Origin: an uncultured delta proteobacterium
GTDB lineage: Bacteria > Myxococcota_A > Polyangia > Polyangiales > JAFGIB01
NCBI GenBank assembly: GCA_963778655.1
Contig: CAVZVA010000002.1
Coordinates: forward strand, 416,001 to 480,000
Reading direction: 5' to 3'
DNA: 64,000 nt
Shown here: positions 1 through 10,031 of the stretch, piece by piece
Layout: each line of letters starts with the position of its first letter
Position numbering within the stretch: position 1 is the stretch's first letter
Translations under genes and position numbers: made by a program
The notes under the pieces: generated by a model
The model's database searches: none
The model's input: the letters and a program-made list of their open reading frames with translations, nothing else
Told to the model about the DNA's origin: nothing

Positions 1-378
1 CATCACCACGATGCCGGCGGCGACCGCATCGAGCCGATGGGGATGCAGCAGCCGGTCGATCGCGTGGAAGATCAGGAACGCCGCCGAGCCGGTGATGAAA
101 ATGGCCTGAGCCAAACCCGCGAGCGCCTCCGACTTGCCATGACCGAAACGGTGATCGTCGTCGGCCGGCTTGAGCGCGTAGCGCACGGCCAGCGCCGTGA
201 GCAGCGATGCGCCCGTGTCCATCAGCGAATCGACCAGCGAGGCCAGCACCGCCACCGATCCGGTGAACGACCAGGCCACCGCCTTGGCCGCGGCCAGGGA
301 CAGCGCCGTCGCCACCGACGCGTTGGTCGCCAGACGCAACAGGTGCGCGCGCTGCTGCTCGGGGCTCCTGGCCGTCAT
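1..378 (-). CDS. fieF: Cation diffusion facilitator (FieF/YiiP-like), 5' part only; runs off the window
   Basis: Manual translation (not in the ORF track): MTARSPEQQRAHLLRLATNASVATALSLAAAKAVAWSFTGSVAVLASLVDSLMD...KPADDDHRFGHGKSEALAGLAQ, which carries the CDF signature. Confidence 0.9.
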   Translation of the reverse strand, partial: MTARSPEQQRAHLLRLATNASVATALSLAAAKAVAWSFTGSVAVLASLVDSLMDTGASLLTALAVRYALKPADDDHRFGHGKSEALAGLAQAIFITGSAAFLIFHAIDRLLHPHRLDAVAAGIVVM

Positions 379-442
379 CGTGCGGCAGTATGCCACGTCC
401 GCTGCGCGGAGGAATCGGCCCGGGCGTGCCGCGCGCACAACC

Positions 443-1042
443 TCAGCGTGGCGCGTTCTGCCGCAGGTAGTGCGGTATCTCGCGCTCCTGCTCGCCGCTC
501 TCCTTGCGCTCGCGCGCGGAGGGGCCGCGGCTCGCTGCGTCGGGCAAGGCGTGGCCGTGCTCGTCGAGGTCGCTGGGATAGAGCGCGCCGTAGGCGTCGG
601 CCAAAGCCTCGGGCAGCTCCTGGCCCTGCGGTGCGCCGAGCTTGATCACGTGCCGCCCGGACACCCACACGGCCCAGCGCTCGCTCGGGCCGGCGTCCAG
701 CACCCACGCGTAGCCGTCGCCGACCTCGCGCACCGCCACCTTGTAGCGATCGAGCGCGCGCACGCGCTCGCCGACCTCCGCGGCGAGCGAGGCCGCCCTC
801 TGGTAGACGGTGACGAACGCGGTCGCGACCGCGACCTGCGTGCCGGCATCGCGCTGCAGGTAGGTGGCGGTATAGCCGGTGGCTTGGTTGCCCTCGACCG
901 CGAACTCGACGTCGAGCGTCTTCTGAAAGCGCCGGTAAGCGAAACCGTCGAGGTCTCGTTCGATCACGTAGCGCCGCGGTAGCGTGCTACCGCAGCCCAG
1001 CATGCTCGCGGCCAGCGCGAGGCCGAGCAGCGTCCGCCTCAT
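443..1042 (-). CDS. Hypothetical lipoprotein
   Basis: MRRTLLGLALAASMLGC lipobox; start overlaps the ldcA stop (ATGA). Confidence 0.75.
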   Translation of the reverse strand: MRRTLLGLALAASMLGCGSTLPRRYVIERDLDGFAYRRFQKTLDVEFAVEGNQATGYTATYLQRDAGTQVAVATAFVTVYQRAASLAAEVGERVRALDRYKVAVREVGDGYAWVLDAGPSERWAVWVSGRHVIKLGAPQGQELPEALADAYGALYPSDLDEHGHALPDAASRGPSARERKESGEQEREIPHYLRQNAPR

Positions 1043-1938
1043 GCGCCCGTCGCCTCGAAGGAAAGCACCCCGCGCGCGGCGTCGACTTCGGCGATCGCGC
1101 CAAACGGGAGCTCGAGGTTGTCGTCGACGTGGCCCGCCGGCAAGCCCGCCAGCACCGGCACGCCGAGCGAGCCGAGCCGCTCCTGCAGCACCTGCTCCAC
1201 GCGCACTCCGTCCGGGCCCGGCTCGGCATCGGTGAAGGCGCCGAGCACGATCGCATGTACGCCGGCAAGCGCGCCAGACTGGAGCCAGCTCGTCAGCATG
1301 CGGTCCACACGATAGGGCCGCTCGCCCACGTCCTCCAAGAAGAGCACGCAGCCTGCGAGCGGCGGCGCGTGCGGCGTGCCGAGCAACGCGCTCAGCACGG
1401 CAAGGTTTCCGCCCAGCAGCCGGCCTCGCGCGCGCCCGCCCGCCAGCGCCTGCAAGCCGCGCAGCGGCGCCGGCTGGGCGCCCTCGACCGCTGCGATCCA
1501 ACGCTGCAGCAGCGGTTCGGCGCAGCGCCCCAGTCCGGCCACCATAGCCGCGTGCAGCGAGCCCAGCCCTGCGCGCGCCCACAGCCCGTGCAGCGCGCTC
1601 ACGTCGCTGAAACCCACCAGCAGCTTGGGATAGCGCGCGACCTCGTCGGCCGAGATCGAGCCCAGCAGGCGAGTCGAGCCGTAACCACCGCGCGCTGCGA
1701 CGATCGCCTGCACCGCGTCATCGTGCAGCGCCGCGCGCAGCTCGGCGGCGCGGCGCTGGTCGGAACCGGCGAGGTATCCGCTGCGCTCCTCGATCGCGGG
1801 ATCGTGGCGCACGTCGTAGCGCTCGCGCAGCCGCGCCAGGCCGCGCGCGAAATCGTCCGCGGGAAACGGCCCGGCCGGCGCGATCACCTGCACGCGCATG
1901 CCCGGGCGCAGCGCCGGCCTGGGAAACGCGGCGCTCAT
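1039..1938 (-). CDS. ldcA: LD-carboxypeptidase, peptidase S66 family
   Basis: ARGGYG, GFSD (Ser), GGNL, LFLEDVGE (Glu) and AGH (His) motifs; ATGA overlap with fetB. Confidence 0.88.
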   Translation of the reverse strand: MSAAFPRPALRPGMRVQVIAPAGPFPADDFARGLARLRERYDVRHDPAIEERSGYLAGSDQRRAAELRAALHDDAVQAIVAARGGYGSTRLLGSISADEVARYPKLLVGFSDVSALHGLWARAGLGSLHAAMVAGLGRCAEPLLQRWIAAVEGAQPAPLRGLQALAGGRARGRLLGGNLAVLSALLGTPHAPPLAGCVLFLEDVGERPYRVDRMLTSWLQSGALAGVHAIVLGAFTDAEPGPDGVRVEQVLQERLGSLGVPVLAGLPAGHVDDNLELPFGAIAEVDAARGVLSFEATGA

Positions 1939-2729
1939 GCAGCGGCCAGCAGCTCGTGCCTGAGCTGCAGCGCCGGTGTGAAGAACCTGCGGTAGCTCAG
2001 CCACACCAGCGATGCGCAGGTCGCGGTGGCGCCAGCGTTCCACAGCAGCATCACCAGGATCTGATAGCGCGCCGCGCCGCCCGGCGGTAGGCCCGCCAGG
2101 ATCTGCCCGGTCATGGTTCCGGGAATCGAGACCAGCCCGACCACGTACATTTGATTCAGGCTCGGCCGCAGCGCCGCCCGCAACGCGGCCTTGGCCGCCA
2201 CGTCCACGGCCTGCCGCGCGCTGGCGCCCAGCGCGAGTAACTCCTCGACCTCCCCGCTGCGCACGGACAGCTCCGAGCGCAGGCGCTCGATGGCCAGCGC
2301 CGCCGCGTTCATCGAGTTCGACACGATCATGCCAGCAAGCGGAATCAAGTACTGCGGCGTCCACCAGGGTCGCACCTCGATCACCCAGGCGGTGACCAGG
2401 ATCGTGAGCACGGCGGCGCTGGAGGTCAGGGAAATGCCGACGTGCCACAGCAGCCCCGGCACCTTGCGCTCCTGGCGGCCGACCGCGGTCCAGGCGCTGA
2501 CCGCGACGAACATGCTGACCACGCCGAGCACGAGCCACACCGTCGCGTGCTCGAAGATCCAACCGAGCACCGTTCCCAACAGCAACAACTGGACGAAGGT
2601 ACGCAGCGTCGCCAGCAGGTATTCGCGCTCGAGCCCGAGCCCGAATAGGCGCACCGATGCCAGGATGATCAGCACCAGCCAGGAGGCGTTGAGCAGGTGC
2701 AGGTTGGTCAGCTCGATCGGCGCCCGCAT
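1935..2729 (-). CDS. fetB: ABC transporter permease, FetB/YbbM (UPF0014) family
   Basis: Multi-pass membrane protein with LRTFVQLLLLG, PQYLIPLAGMIVSNSM and GLVSIPGTMTGQILAG...AARYQI motifs. Confidence 0.88.
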   Translation of the reverse strand: MRAPIELTNLHLLNASWLVLIILASVRLFGLGLEREYLLATLRTFVQLLLLGTVLGWIFEHATVWLVLGVVSMFVAVSAWTAVGRQERKVPGLLWHVGISLTSSAAVLTILVTAWVIEVRPWWTPQYLIPLAGMIVSNSMNAAALAIERLRSELSVRSGEVEELLALGASARQAVDVAAKAALRAALRPSLNQMYVVGLVSIPGTMTGQILAGLPPGGAARYQILVMLLWNAGATATCASLVWLSYRRFFTPALQLRHELLAAA

Positions 2730-2739
2730 CTCGCGCGTC

Positions 2740-4665
2740 CTATTGTCCGTTCTGCGCCATGGACTCGTTGACCAACGCGCGCAGGGCCGTGAGCTCGAAC
2801 GGCTTCTCCAGCCTGGGGTTGTCGACCTCGTCCAGGAATGCGCGCGTGCGCGCCGTGAATGCGCCGCCGGTCAGGAACACGATGCGCCTGGCCTGCTCGG
2901 GCGCCGTGCGCAACAGCTCGGCGTGGAAGTCCATGCCGGTCACCCGCGGCATCATCAGATCGCACAGGATCACGTCGAAGCGCTCGCCGCCGGCGATCAT
3001 GTCGAGCCCCTCCTGCGCGATCAGCGTGACCACCACCTCATGCTCGCTGGAAAGCGCGCGCTGCACCACCTTGAGCATCATCGGCTCGTCGTCCACCACC
3101 AGGACGCGCCCGCGCCGGCCTTCGACGGCGTGCACGCTGGTCCGTGTGCTCGGACGCTCGGATGCCACGGTCTTGGCGAAGGGCAGCGCAATCTTGAACG
3201 CGCTGCCGGCGCCGACCTGGCTCTGGACGCTGATCTCGCCGCCCAGAGCGCTCACGATGCGGTGGCAGATCGAGAGGCCGAGACCGGTGCCGACCCCGAT
3301 CGGCTTGGTGGTGAAGAACGGCGTGAAGAGCCGCTGCAGCACTTCCTGGGACATGCCCGATCCGGTGTCACACACTTCGACCACCACGCGCTGGTCGCGC
3401 GCCAGAGCCGATACGCGGATCTCGTTGCGGTCGGCCTGACCCTCCGGGATCGCCTGGGCGGCGTTGATCAGCAGGTTCAGGAAGACCTGACACAGCCGCG
3501 ACTCGTTGGCGTCGATCGCCGGCACCTCACCGTACTCGCGCACCAGCTTGGCGCGGTGGCGGATCTCGTTCCACGCCATGCGGATCGACGAATCGAGCGC
3601 GCGGCGCACGTCGACCCGCTCGCGCTTGTCCTCCTGCGCCCGCGAGAAGAGCTTGAGGTCCTGCACGATGCTGCGCACTCGTTCGGCCGATTCGCGGGCG
3701 TCCTGCAGGTGCTCGGCCAGCTCGGCCTGACGCCCGCCGTCACCGGTCGGGCTCTTCAGCTGCTGCGTGATGGGGGCGGCGAGCTCGAGGTTGGCGATCA
3801 CGCTGGCCAGGGGGTTGTTGATCTCGTGAGCCACGCCGGCGGCCAGCATGCCCATGGCGGCCATGCGATCGGAGACCATCAGCTGCGTCTGCAGCTTGCG
3901 CTGCTCGGTGACGTCCGCGACCATCGCCAGCCCGCCGGCATAACCGCCGGCGTCGTCCATCACCGGACTGGTGGACAGCAGCGCCCATAGCTCGCGGCCG
4001 TCGCGCCGCCTGAGCTTGAGCTCGAACTGCTCGGACGCGCCTTGCCTCTGGCGCGCGAGCTTCGCGCGCGCGATCTCGCGCCACTCGTCGTCCATCAGCT
4101 CGAGCATCGACACGCCCAGCAGCTCGGGCGCCGTGGTCGCGAGCATCGCGGCCATGCGCTGGTTCACGTAGGTGGTGCGCGCCTGCTCGTCGATCAGCCA
4201 GATTCCCTCTTGGGCAGTCTCCACGATGCGCCGGTACTTCAGCTCGCTCGTGCGCAGGGCCTCCTCGACCGCCCGGCGCCGCCTGCGCACCTCGACCTCG
4301 CGCAGCTCGCGATCGATCGCCGGCGCCAGGCGCGCCAGACGCCCCTTCACCAGGAAGTCGCCCGCGCCGGCCTTGAGCGCATCGACCGCGGTTTCTTCGC
4401 CCACCGTGCCCGATACGATCAGTAGCGGCAGGTCGAGACCCGATTCCTTCAGCACCGCGATCGCGCCCGGCGCGTCGAAGCCCGGCATTGAATAGTCCGA
4501 CAGGATGATGTCCCAGCTGCTTTCCTGTAGCGCCGCGCGCATCGCCGGCGCGGTGTCGACGCGCATCCAGTCGACCTCGTAGCCACTGCGCCTGAGCTCG
4601 CGGATCAAAAGCTCGCAGTCGTCCTCGGAATCCTCCACGAGGAGCACGCGCAGCGCCTTGCTCAT
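2740..4665 (-). CDS. Hybrid histidine kinase REC-PAS-HisKA-HATPase-REC
   Basis: LLVEDSEDD receiver, PAS domain, AHEINNPL H-box, FTPFFTTK and GTGLGLS boxes, C-terminal receiver. Confidence 0.92.
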   Translation of the reverse strand: MSKALRVLLVEDSEDDCELLIRELRRSGYEVDWMRVDTAPAMRAALQESSWDIILSDYSMPGFDAPGAIAVLKESGLDLPLLIVSGTVGEETAVDALKAGAGDFLVKGRLARLAPAIDRELREVEVRRRRRAVEEALRTSELKYRRIVETAQEGIWLIDEQARTTYVNQRMAAMLATTAPELLGVSMLELMDDEWREIARAKLARQRQGASEQFELKLRRRDGRELWALLSTSPVMDDAGGYAGGLAMVADVTEQRKLQTQLMVSDRMAAMGMLAAGVAHEINNPLASVIANLELAAPITQQLKSPTGDGGRQAELAEHLQDARESAERVRSIVQDLKLFSRAQEDKRERVDVRRALDSSIRMAWNEIRHRAKLVREYGEVPAIDANESRLCQVFLNLLINAAQAIPEGQADRNEIRVSALARDQRVVVEVCDTGSGMSQEVLQRLFTPFFTTKPIGVGTGLGLSICHRIVSALGGEISVQSQVGAGSAFKIALPFAKTVASERPSTRTSVHAVEGRRGRVLVVDDEPMMLKVVQRALSSEHEVVVTLIAQEGLDMIAGGERFDVILCDLMMPRVTGMDFHAELLRTAPEQARRIVFLTGGAFTARTRAFLDEVDNPRLEKPFELTALRALVNESMAQNGQ

Positions 4666-5126
4666 CCATCGGCTCCGGAAGCGCCGGAACTGGGTGGCAG
4701 CTGGTTGAGCAGCAACCAGTAGAGCCCGAGCTGGCGGGCCGCCTCGAGGAACTCGGTGAAGTCGACCGGCTTGCGCACGAAGCTGTTGGCGCCCAGATCG
4801 TAGCTCGAGATCAGGTCGCGCTCCTCGTTGCTCGAGCTGAGCACCACCACCGGCAGTCGCTTGGTGCGGGTATCGGCGCGCAAGCGCCGCAGCACTTCCA
4901 GCCCGTCGACCCGGGGCAGCTTCAAATCGAGCAGCACGAGCTCGGGCATCACGTTGCCGTCGCGCCCGGCGTGCGCGCCCCTCACCCACAGGAAGTCGAG
5001 CGCGTCCTGGCCGTCCTTGACCACCTCGATCTGATTGGCAAGGCCGTTGCGCTCGAACGCGCGCAAGGTGAGCTCGACATCGTCAGGGTTGTCCTCGACC
5101 AGCAGAATCATCCGCGAGCGACTCAT
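4662..5126 (-). CDS. Single-domain response regulator (Rcp1-like)
   Basis: LLVEDNPDD, LLDLKLP and GANSFVRKP motifs. Confidence 0.9.
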   Translation of the reverse strand: MSRSRMILLVEDNPDDVELTLRAFERNGLANQIEVVKDGQDALDFLWVRGAHAGRDGNVMPELVLLDLKLPRVDGLEVLRRLRADTRTKRLPVVVLSSSNEERDLISSYDLGANSFVRKPVDFTEFLEAARQLGLYWLLLNQLPPSSGASGADG

Positions 5127-5372
5127 CGCGCACCCCCAATATCGGTGGGCGTCCACCTCGCCTCGACGTACGCTCGCATTCGCAACCCCGCCTGGATCGC
5201 CGTGGCCGCGGCGTGCTCCAGCCGTACCGTTTGTAGCCCGGAAAGGACGCCGCACGCCAGATCTTCCGCGGCGGTCATGTCCGCGCGCCTCGCAGCGGGG
5301 TCCTCGCCTGCCGGTCGCTCCGGGGCCCGCAACCCAGGAATCCCCGTCAGGACGCCACGGGGCACGATTGGC

Positions 5373-7688
5373 TCACAGATTGACCCCGACGTTGCCGAAC
5401 GAGATGCTCGGGCCGACGATCACGGCATAGCGGCTAGCAGTGCTCGCTCCCGAGGGGTGGGTGAGGTCCGCTTCCAGCCACGCATGGAGGTTGACCGACG
5501 CTTGGGTCACGGTGGAGCGATTGGCGATCGGCACACTCAGGCCCAGACCGAGCACGGCGCCGACCTCGGGCTCGGTCGGCTTGCCCGTCGCCGTGATCGG
5601 CGGGCTGGCCAAGCCCAGCACCAGGATTCCGCCCTCGAGGCCCAAGAAGCCCTCATGGCCCTCGGAGTCGAGCCAGGTCAACCGCGAGATCACGCCGAAG
5701 TTGAGCGACAGCAAGCCGCTGTAGTCGCGGGTGCTGAGGCGGTAGAGGCCGGTGGGGATGGTGGTGGTGCCGTACAGGCGCGCGTGGCCGGTGCCCATCA
5801 CCGCGGACCACTGCGCCGCCGGGGCGCCGGTCTTGATGTCCGAAGCACCGATATAGTGCGCCTCGTCGGCTTCCAGCGAGACCCGCACCACGATGCGATC
5901 GAAGGGGTCGACCACCCCGTGGATCCAGGCGTAGCGCGGATCCCGGCCCGCCCGGAAGGTCATCACCTCGGACACGCGGGCGTCGCCGCGCGCGGCGCCG
6001 TCGGGACGCAGCACCTCGATCTCGAACTGCAGCTTCTGCGTGCCGTACTCGGGGGCGAGCCGCTCGCGGTGGAACACCACCCGGCAGGTGTCGCGCAGCG
6101 CAAACGGCAGGTGCGCGGTCACGCCGGGCGTGACGCGCTCGAGCGGGACGGGCCCGCCGCCGCAGAGCAGCTCGATCAGCGGCGAGGAGCCGAACACGGA
6201 TGCGCCGATCGGTGCCGGGATGTTGGCCTCGTGAATGCTCCGCTGCAGCGGATCGGACAGCACCGCCAGGTCGGCGTCGGCCATCGGCCCGGGCAAGCCG
6301 TCCGCGCGCAGGCCGAAGCTGAGCTGGGCAAGGCCGGCCGCATTGGGGTCGCCGCGAATCGTCATCACGTTGCCGTGCGTGTGCCCAACGCTGTACACGC
6401 CTTCAATCGGCAGCAGGGCGAAGTGCAGGTGCTCGCCGGCCGGCGAGACGTGGACCACGGCGGCGCGATTGTTGGGGATGAAGCCTAGATTGGGAAAGCC
6501 CGGCAGCTCGAGCGAGGCGCGCACCGCCGGCGCGCCTCGCGTGGGCGCACGCGCCACGGCCAACGCGATGCCCTCGCCCTCGCCGCGCATCGCGGTGATG
6601 GTGACGCTGTCGTCGTCGACGTCTCCCAGGCGCAGCAGCACGTAGGTCGCTTGTTGATCGTTGGCCGTCTCCAGCACCTTGAGCGGGCTGTGGTCGGTCA
6701 GGAAGCGCAGCGTCGACGGGTCGCGCCCGCAGCGCCCTTCCAACCTGACGATCACCTTGGCCCCGTCGTTGCCGCGCACCGGCGCGCCGGAAACGATCGA
6801 CATCGGGCAGTGCAGCACCGAGAGCTTGACGCTGGGCTGCGCGTCGAGCGCTTCCTGCTTGAGCAGGAACACGTGCGGAAGCAGGCGCAGCTTGACCTCG
6901 AGCGAATTGACCAGGCTCGAGGCGCCGCGCACGGTGAGCTTGCCGTTGGTCATCTCGCACTGCAGCGCGCCGCAATCCGCGGAGGCCACGGTCTCGGGAT
7001 GGATCAGCGGCACCTCGCCCTGACCGGTCGCGAGATCGACCGCCGCCTCGGCAGGCACCAGCCGGGTCAACGTCACCCGCGCGGGCACCAGGGTGAAGCT
7101 GCCGGGCTTGGCCGGGATTCCCTCCGAGTCGTAGTTGACGACGTCGGGGCCGCCGCGGGCGCCGCGCGGAAGCCAGCTGAAGGACGTCACCTTGGGATCG
7201 GCCGAGGCGCCGCGCGCGACCGCCCAGGTGCACCGCTGGCTGCCCCCCTCGGTCGTCGGATCTCGGCACATGTCGCTGCCGTGATCGCCGTCGCTCGACC
7301 ACACCACGCTCACGCCCTGCAGCCGGTGTCCCTTCGCGTCCAGACGCCCGTCGTCGGGCGAAAACACCAGCGAGGCCAGGTCGAAAGCAGGCCAGCGCGC
7401 GGTCGCCACCAGTGTCAGCGTGCTGGTGGTATCGGCGCAGGCGCTCGCGTCGGGCGCGATCTTGAGCACGACCGCCTCGCCGATGGCGTCGGCATCGCTG
7501 GGCGGACGCAGCATGTGCCCGCCGGCCTCCGCGCTCCAGCCGCCGACCGAGGCGTCGCACGCGACCCGGGCATCTCCGAGCGAAATCGGCCTGCCGCCGA
7601 TCGGCGCCTGCAGGGTTTCGGCACGCGCCCCCGACGCGAGCAGGGCGAGCGAGCCCGCACACAGCGCAAAGCACCTAAGAGAAGTCAT
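5373..7688 (-). CDS. Large secreted hypothetical protein, beta-rich, possible C-terminal outer-membrane barrel
   Basis: Signal peptide ending ARA; coding-like composition; amphipathic beta strands at the C-terminus. Confidence 0.75.
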   Translation of the reverse strand: MTSLRCFALCAGSLALLASGARAETLQAPIGGRPISLGDARVACDASVGGWSAEAGGHMLRPPSDADAIGEAVVLKIAPDASACADTTSTLTLVATARWPAFDLASLVFSPDDGRLDAKGHRLQGVSVVWSSDGDHGSDMCRDPTTEGGSQRCTWAVARGASADPKVTSFSWLPRGARGGPDVVNYDSEGIPAKPGSFTLVPARVTLTRLVPAEAAVDLATGQGEVPLIHPETVASADCGALQCEMTNGKLTVRGASSLVNSLEVKLRLLPHVFLLKQEALDAQPSVKLSVLHCPMSIVSGAPVRGNDGAKVIVRLEGRCGRDPSTLRFLTDHSPLKVLETANDQQATYVLLRLGDVDDDSVTITAMRGEGEGIALAVARAPTRGAPAVRASLELPGFPNLGFIPNNRAAVVHVSPAGEHLHFALLPIEGVYSVGHTHGNVMTIRGDPNAAGLAQLSFGLRADGLPGPMADADLAVLSDPLQRSIHEANIPAPIGASVFGSSPLIELLCGGGPVPLERVTPGVTAHLPFALRDTCRVVFHRERLAPEYGTQKLQFEIEVLRPDGAARGDARVSEVMTFRAGRDPRYAWIHGVVDPFDRIVVRVSLEADEAHYIGASDIKTGAPAAQWSAVMGTGHARLYGTTTIPTGLYRLSTRDYSGLLSLNFGVISRLTWLDSEGHEGFLGLEGGILVLGLASPPITATGKPTEPEVGAVLGLGLSVPIANRSTVTQASVNLHAWLEADLTHPSGASTASRYAVIVGPSISFGNVGVNL

Positions 7689-7748
7689 AGCCGCGGTTCG
7701 GCTAGCATGTACCACAACCGGAAACCCGCACGTCCCCGGCAATCCGGG

Positions 7749-7977
7749 GGTGGGGCGGGAGGGTCGCGTGACCCGACGCACTACCTCTCCCAATCACCTG
7801 CGAGCGCAGCGAGCCCCGCAGGTGGGTGGGGCCCCAACGGCTTTGCCGGTGGGGCGGGAGGGTCGCGTGACCCGACGCACTACCTCTCCCAATCACCTGC
7901 GAGCGCAGCGAGCCCCGCAGGTGGGTGGGGCCCCAACGGCTTTGCCGGTGGGGCGGGAGGGTCGCGTGACCCTCCCG
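7749..7977. repeat. Tandem 99-bp palindromic (REP/BIME-like) array, about 2.3 units
   Basis: Units start at 7749, 7848 and 7947; ends in the perfect hairpin CGGGAGGGTC-GCGT-GACCCTCCCG (7954-7977). Confidence 0.92.
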
Positions 7978-7984
7978 GTTACAA

Positions 7985-9817
7985 TCAGAAGTGCGCGTGC
8001 ACCCCCACCGCGATCACGTCGAAGTGGGAGCTGTAGCGCCCGGAGTTGACCACGTAGGGCGGCTGGCCGGGTGGATTCGTGCTCACGCTCTGCTGGAGCT
8101 TGGCCGTGGCGTCCGGCGTGCCCTGCGAGGCCGCCTCGAGCGGCGGTGGGACCTCGCCGCGGACGAGAAAGGGCCCGGTCGACTTGTCGATGGCGCCGAC
8201 CTGGCCCACGGGCGCGAGGCACTGAGAGCGATCCATCGTGTTGCCGGCCTGGCAGTCGGAGATCACCGTGCGGTCCTGGTGCGGGGGCGGCGCCGCGATG
8301 ATCGTCTCCTGGAAGATGTGTCCGTAAGAGGCGACGAGGTCGATCGACTTGGCCACGCGGAAGATCACACCACCGCTCAGCCCCACGCGCGAAACCGGGA
8401 AGAAGTCGATCTGCATGTAACTGGGATCGATGCCGCGCGTCTCGTAGTTCACGCCTGCACTGACGCCGACCACGCCGGGCAGCAGGTTGAGCGTGCCGCC
8501 GAGGCTCGCCGTGAGCTGGTTCTTCCAGTGCTTCTCGATCACGGTCTGCGCGGGACCGTCGACCATCGGGACGCTACCCATGGGATCCGCCGCCTTGAAC
8601 ACCAGCTTCTGCTGCGTCGCCGTGGTGCACACCGGAACGGTCGCCCCAGGCCGCGGCGGCTGAAACTCGCACCAGTCGAGAACCTGACTCTGATTGCGCC
8701 CGTTGAGCTCGTAGCCGAGATCGAGCTCGACATCCCAGCGCTCGTCTTGGAGGGCGTCGTGGATGACGTACGCATTCGAGGGATCCGCCTCGTCCGCACC
8801 CGTACCGACGGGCCGCGGCGCGAGGCGATCGGCATAACGTATGCCCGCGCGCAGCTTCCACGGCATGTGCTGCCGCAGCGAATAGATCTTGATGTTCTCG
8901 TTGTTGTACGGCTGCCCGCCGGGAGAGAACTCACCCGTCATCAGGCTGGCCTTGCCGTGGGTGCGCACGTCGTCTTGGTAGTGGAAGGAGAAGACGACAT
9001 CGAGCGCGTCGATCGGCACAAGGTGCGCCGACACCGTGAACGCGGGAACGAACCAGTCCTGCGCCTTGATGCGCGCGACGATGTCGTCGGCGGGAATGGT
9101 TCCGCCCTGCACGCCGGCCATGGTCTGGGTGTTGACGGCGATGATGCCCCACTCCAGCGCTGCGCCCAGCCGCAACCACTTGGCGATGCGATAGCCGGCG
9201 GCGATGTTCGGGAACAGGCCGAGGTTGTTGCTGCTCAGCAGCATGTAGCGCGCGGGGGACGGATAGAGCAGCCCGTCCCGCCCGTGGATGATTCCGTTGG
9301 GCCCGCCCCAGTGACCGCCGGGCGACACTGCCGGAAAGATCAGACCCGCGCCGATGCCCAGCTTCTCCGTCAAGCGGGTGCTCCAGGCGATCTGCGGCAC
9401 CGGCACGACGTTCTGGTCCAGGCACACCGTGTCGAGCGGCGTCGTGTAGTAGGGCTCGTCCGGATTCATCTTGTCGTTGAGGTCGAGCGTGCGGCTCTCT
9501 CCGGTCGCACGGTCCCTCAGCACGCTGCTCTGACCTCCGAGATACAGACCCCAGCCGTAGTATCCCGCCGGCTCGTAGCACGCGTGCATCAAGGCCAGGT
9601 TGAGGTCCACCATGAACTGGGAGCCGCGCAGCTCGGCCAGCCCAGCCGGGTTGTCCGCGATGACCATCGGGTCGGTAGCCTTGGCCGTGACGGCGCCCGC
9701 GCGGCCCAGCGCCGCGGCGCCTTGCCCCTGGTACTCGAGCCCGCCGGCGTGCGCGGCCGAAGCGCGCAACACGAGCAGCGCGATCACGACTGCGGCTGCG
9801 AACGAAGACTGGCGCAT
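7985..9817 (-). CDS. Outer membrane protein, FadL/OmpP1/TodX-like
   Basis: Signal peptide; ALGRAGA...DNPAGLA N-terminal hatch motif; C-terminal Phe. Confidence 0.8.
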   Translation of the reverse strand: MRQSSFAAAVVIALLVLRASAAHAGGLEYQGQGAAALGRAGAVTAKATDPMVIADNPAGLAELRGSQFMVDLNLALMHACYEPAGYYGWGLYLGGQSSVLRDRATGESRTLDLNDKMNPDEPYYTTPLDTVCLDQNVVPVPQIAWSTRLTEKLGIGAGLIFPAVSPGGHWGGPNGIIHGRDGLLYPSPARYMLLSSNNLGLFPNIAAGYRIAKWLRLGAALEWGIIAVNTQTMAGVQGGTIPADDIVARIKAQDWFVPAFTVSAHLVPIDALDVVFSFHYQDDVRTHGKASLMTGEFSPGGQPYNNENIKIYSLRQHMPWKLRAGIRYADRLAPRPVGTGADEADPSNAYVIHDALQDERWDVELDLGYELNGRNQSQVLDWCEFQPPRPGATVPVCTTATQQKLVFKAADPMGSVPMVDGPAQTVIEKHWKNQLTASLGGTLNLLPGVVGVSAGVNYETRGIDPSYMQIDFFPVSRVGLSGGVIFRVAKSIDLVASYGHIFQETIIAAPPPHQDRTVISDCQAGNTMDRSQCLAPVGQVGAIDKSTGPFLVRGEVPPPLEAASQGTPDATAKLQQSVSTNPPGQPPYVVNSGRYSSHFDVIAVGVHAHF

Positions 9818-9847
9818 CGCTATTTCCGCTTGGCCTCAAGGACGCAA

Positions 9848-9995
9848 AGTGCGGCACCCGTCATAGATGCCGCACTCGCGTTTTTCAAGGGTCGCCTGCG
9901 GCCGAACGTGGGCAGCGGTCGCGCAAGCAAACGTCGAGTAGCCCCTGCCGGCATCGAGAACGCAGAGCGCGGCACCCGTCATGGATGCCGCGCTC
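9848..9995 (-). repeat. Two related intergenic hairpins with an ATGAC loop (minus strand)
   Basis: AGTGCGGCACCCGTCATAGATGCCGCACT (9848-9876) and GAGCGCGGCACCCGTCATGGATGCCGCGCTC (9965-9995). Confidence 0.8.
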
Positions 9996-10031
9996 GACGT
10001 TCGAGCATGCCGTCAGAAGCGCCGGCGCTGC

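Noticed and set aside
9835..9885. c-di-GMP-I riboswitch suggested by GGACGCAAAG
   Set aside because: On the wrong strand for the downstream gene and lacks the preceding GGCAAA/GNRA stem
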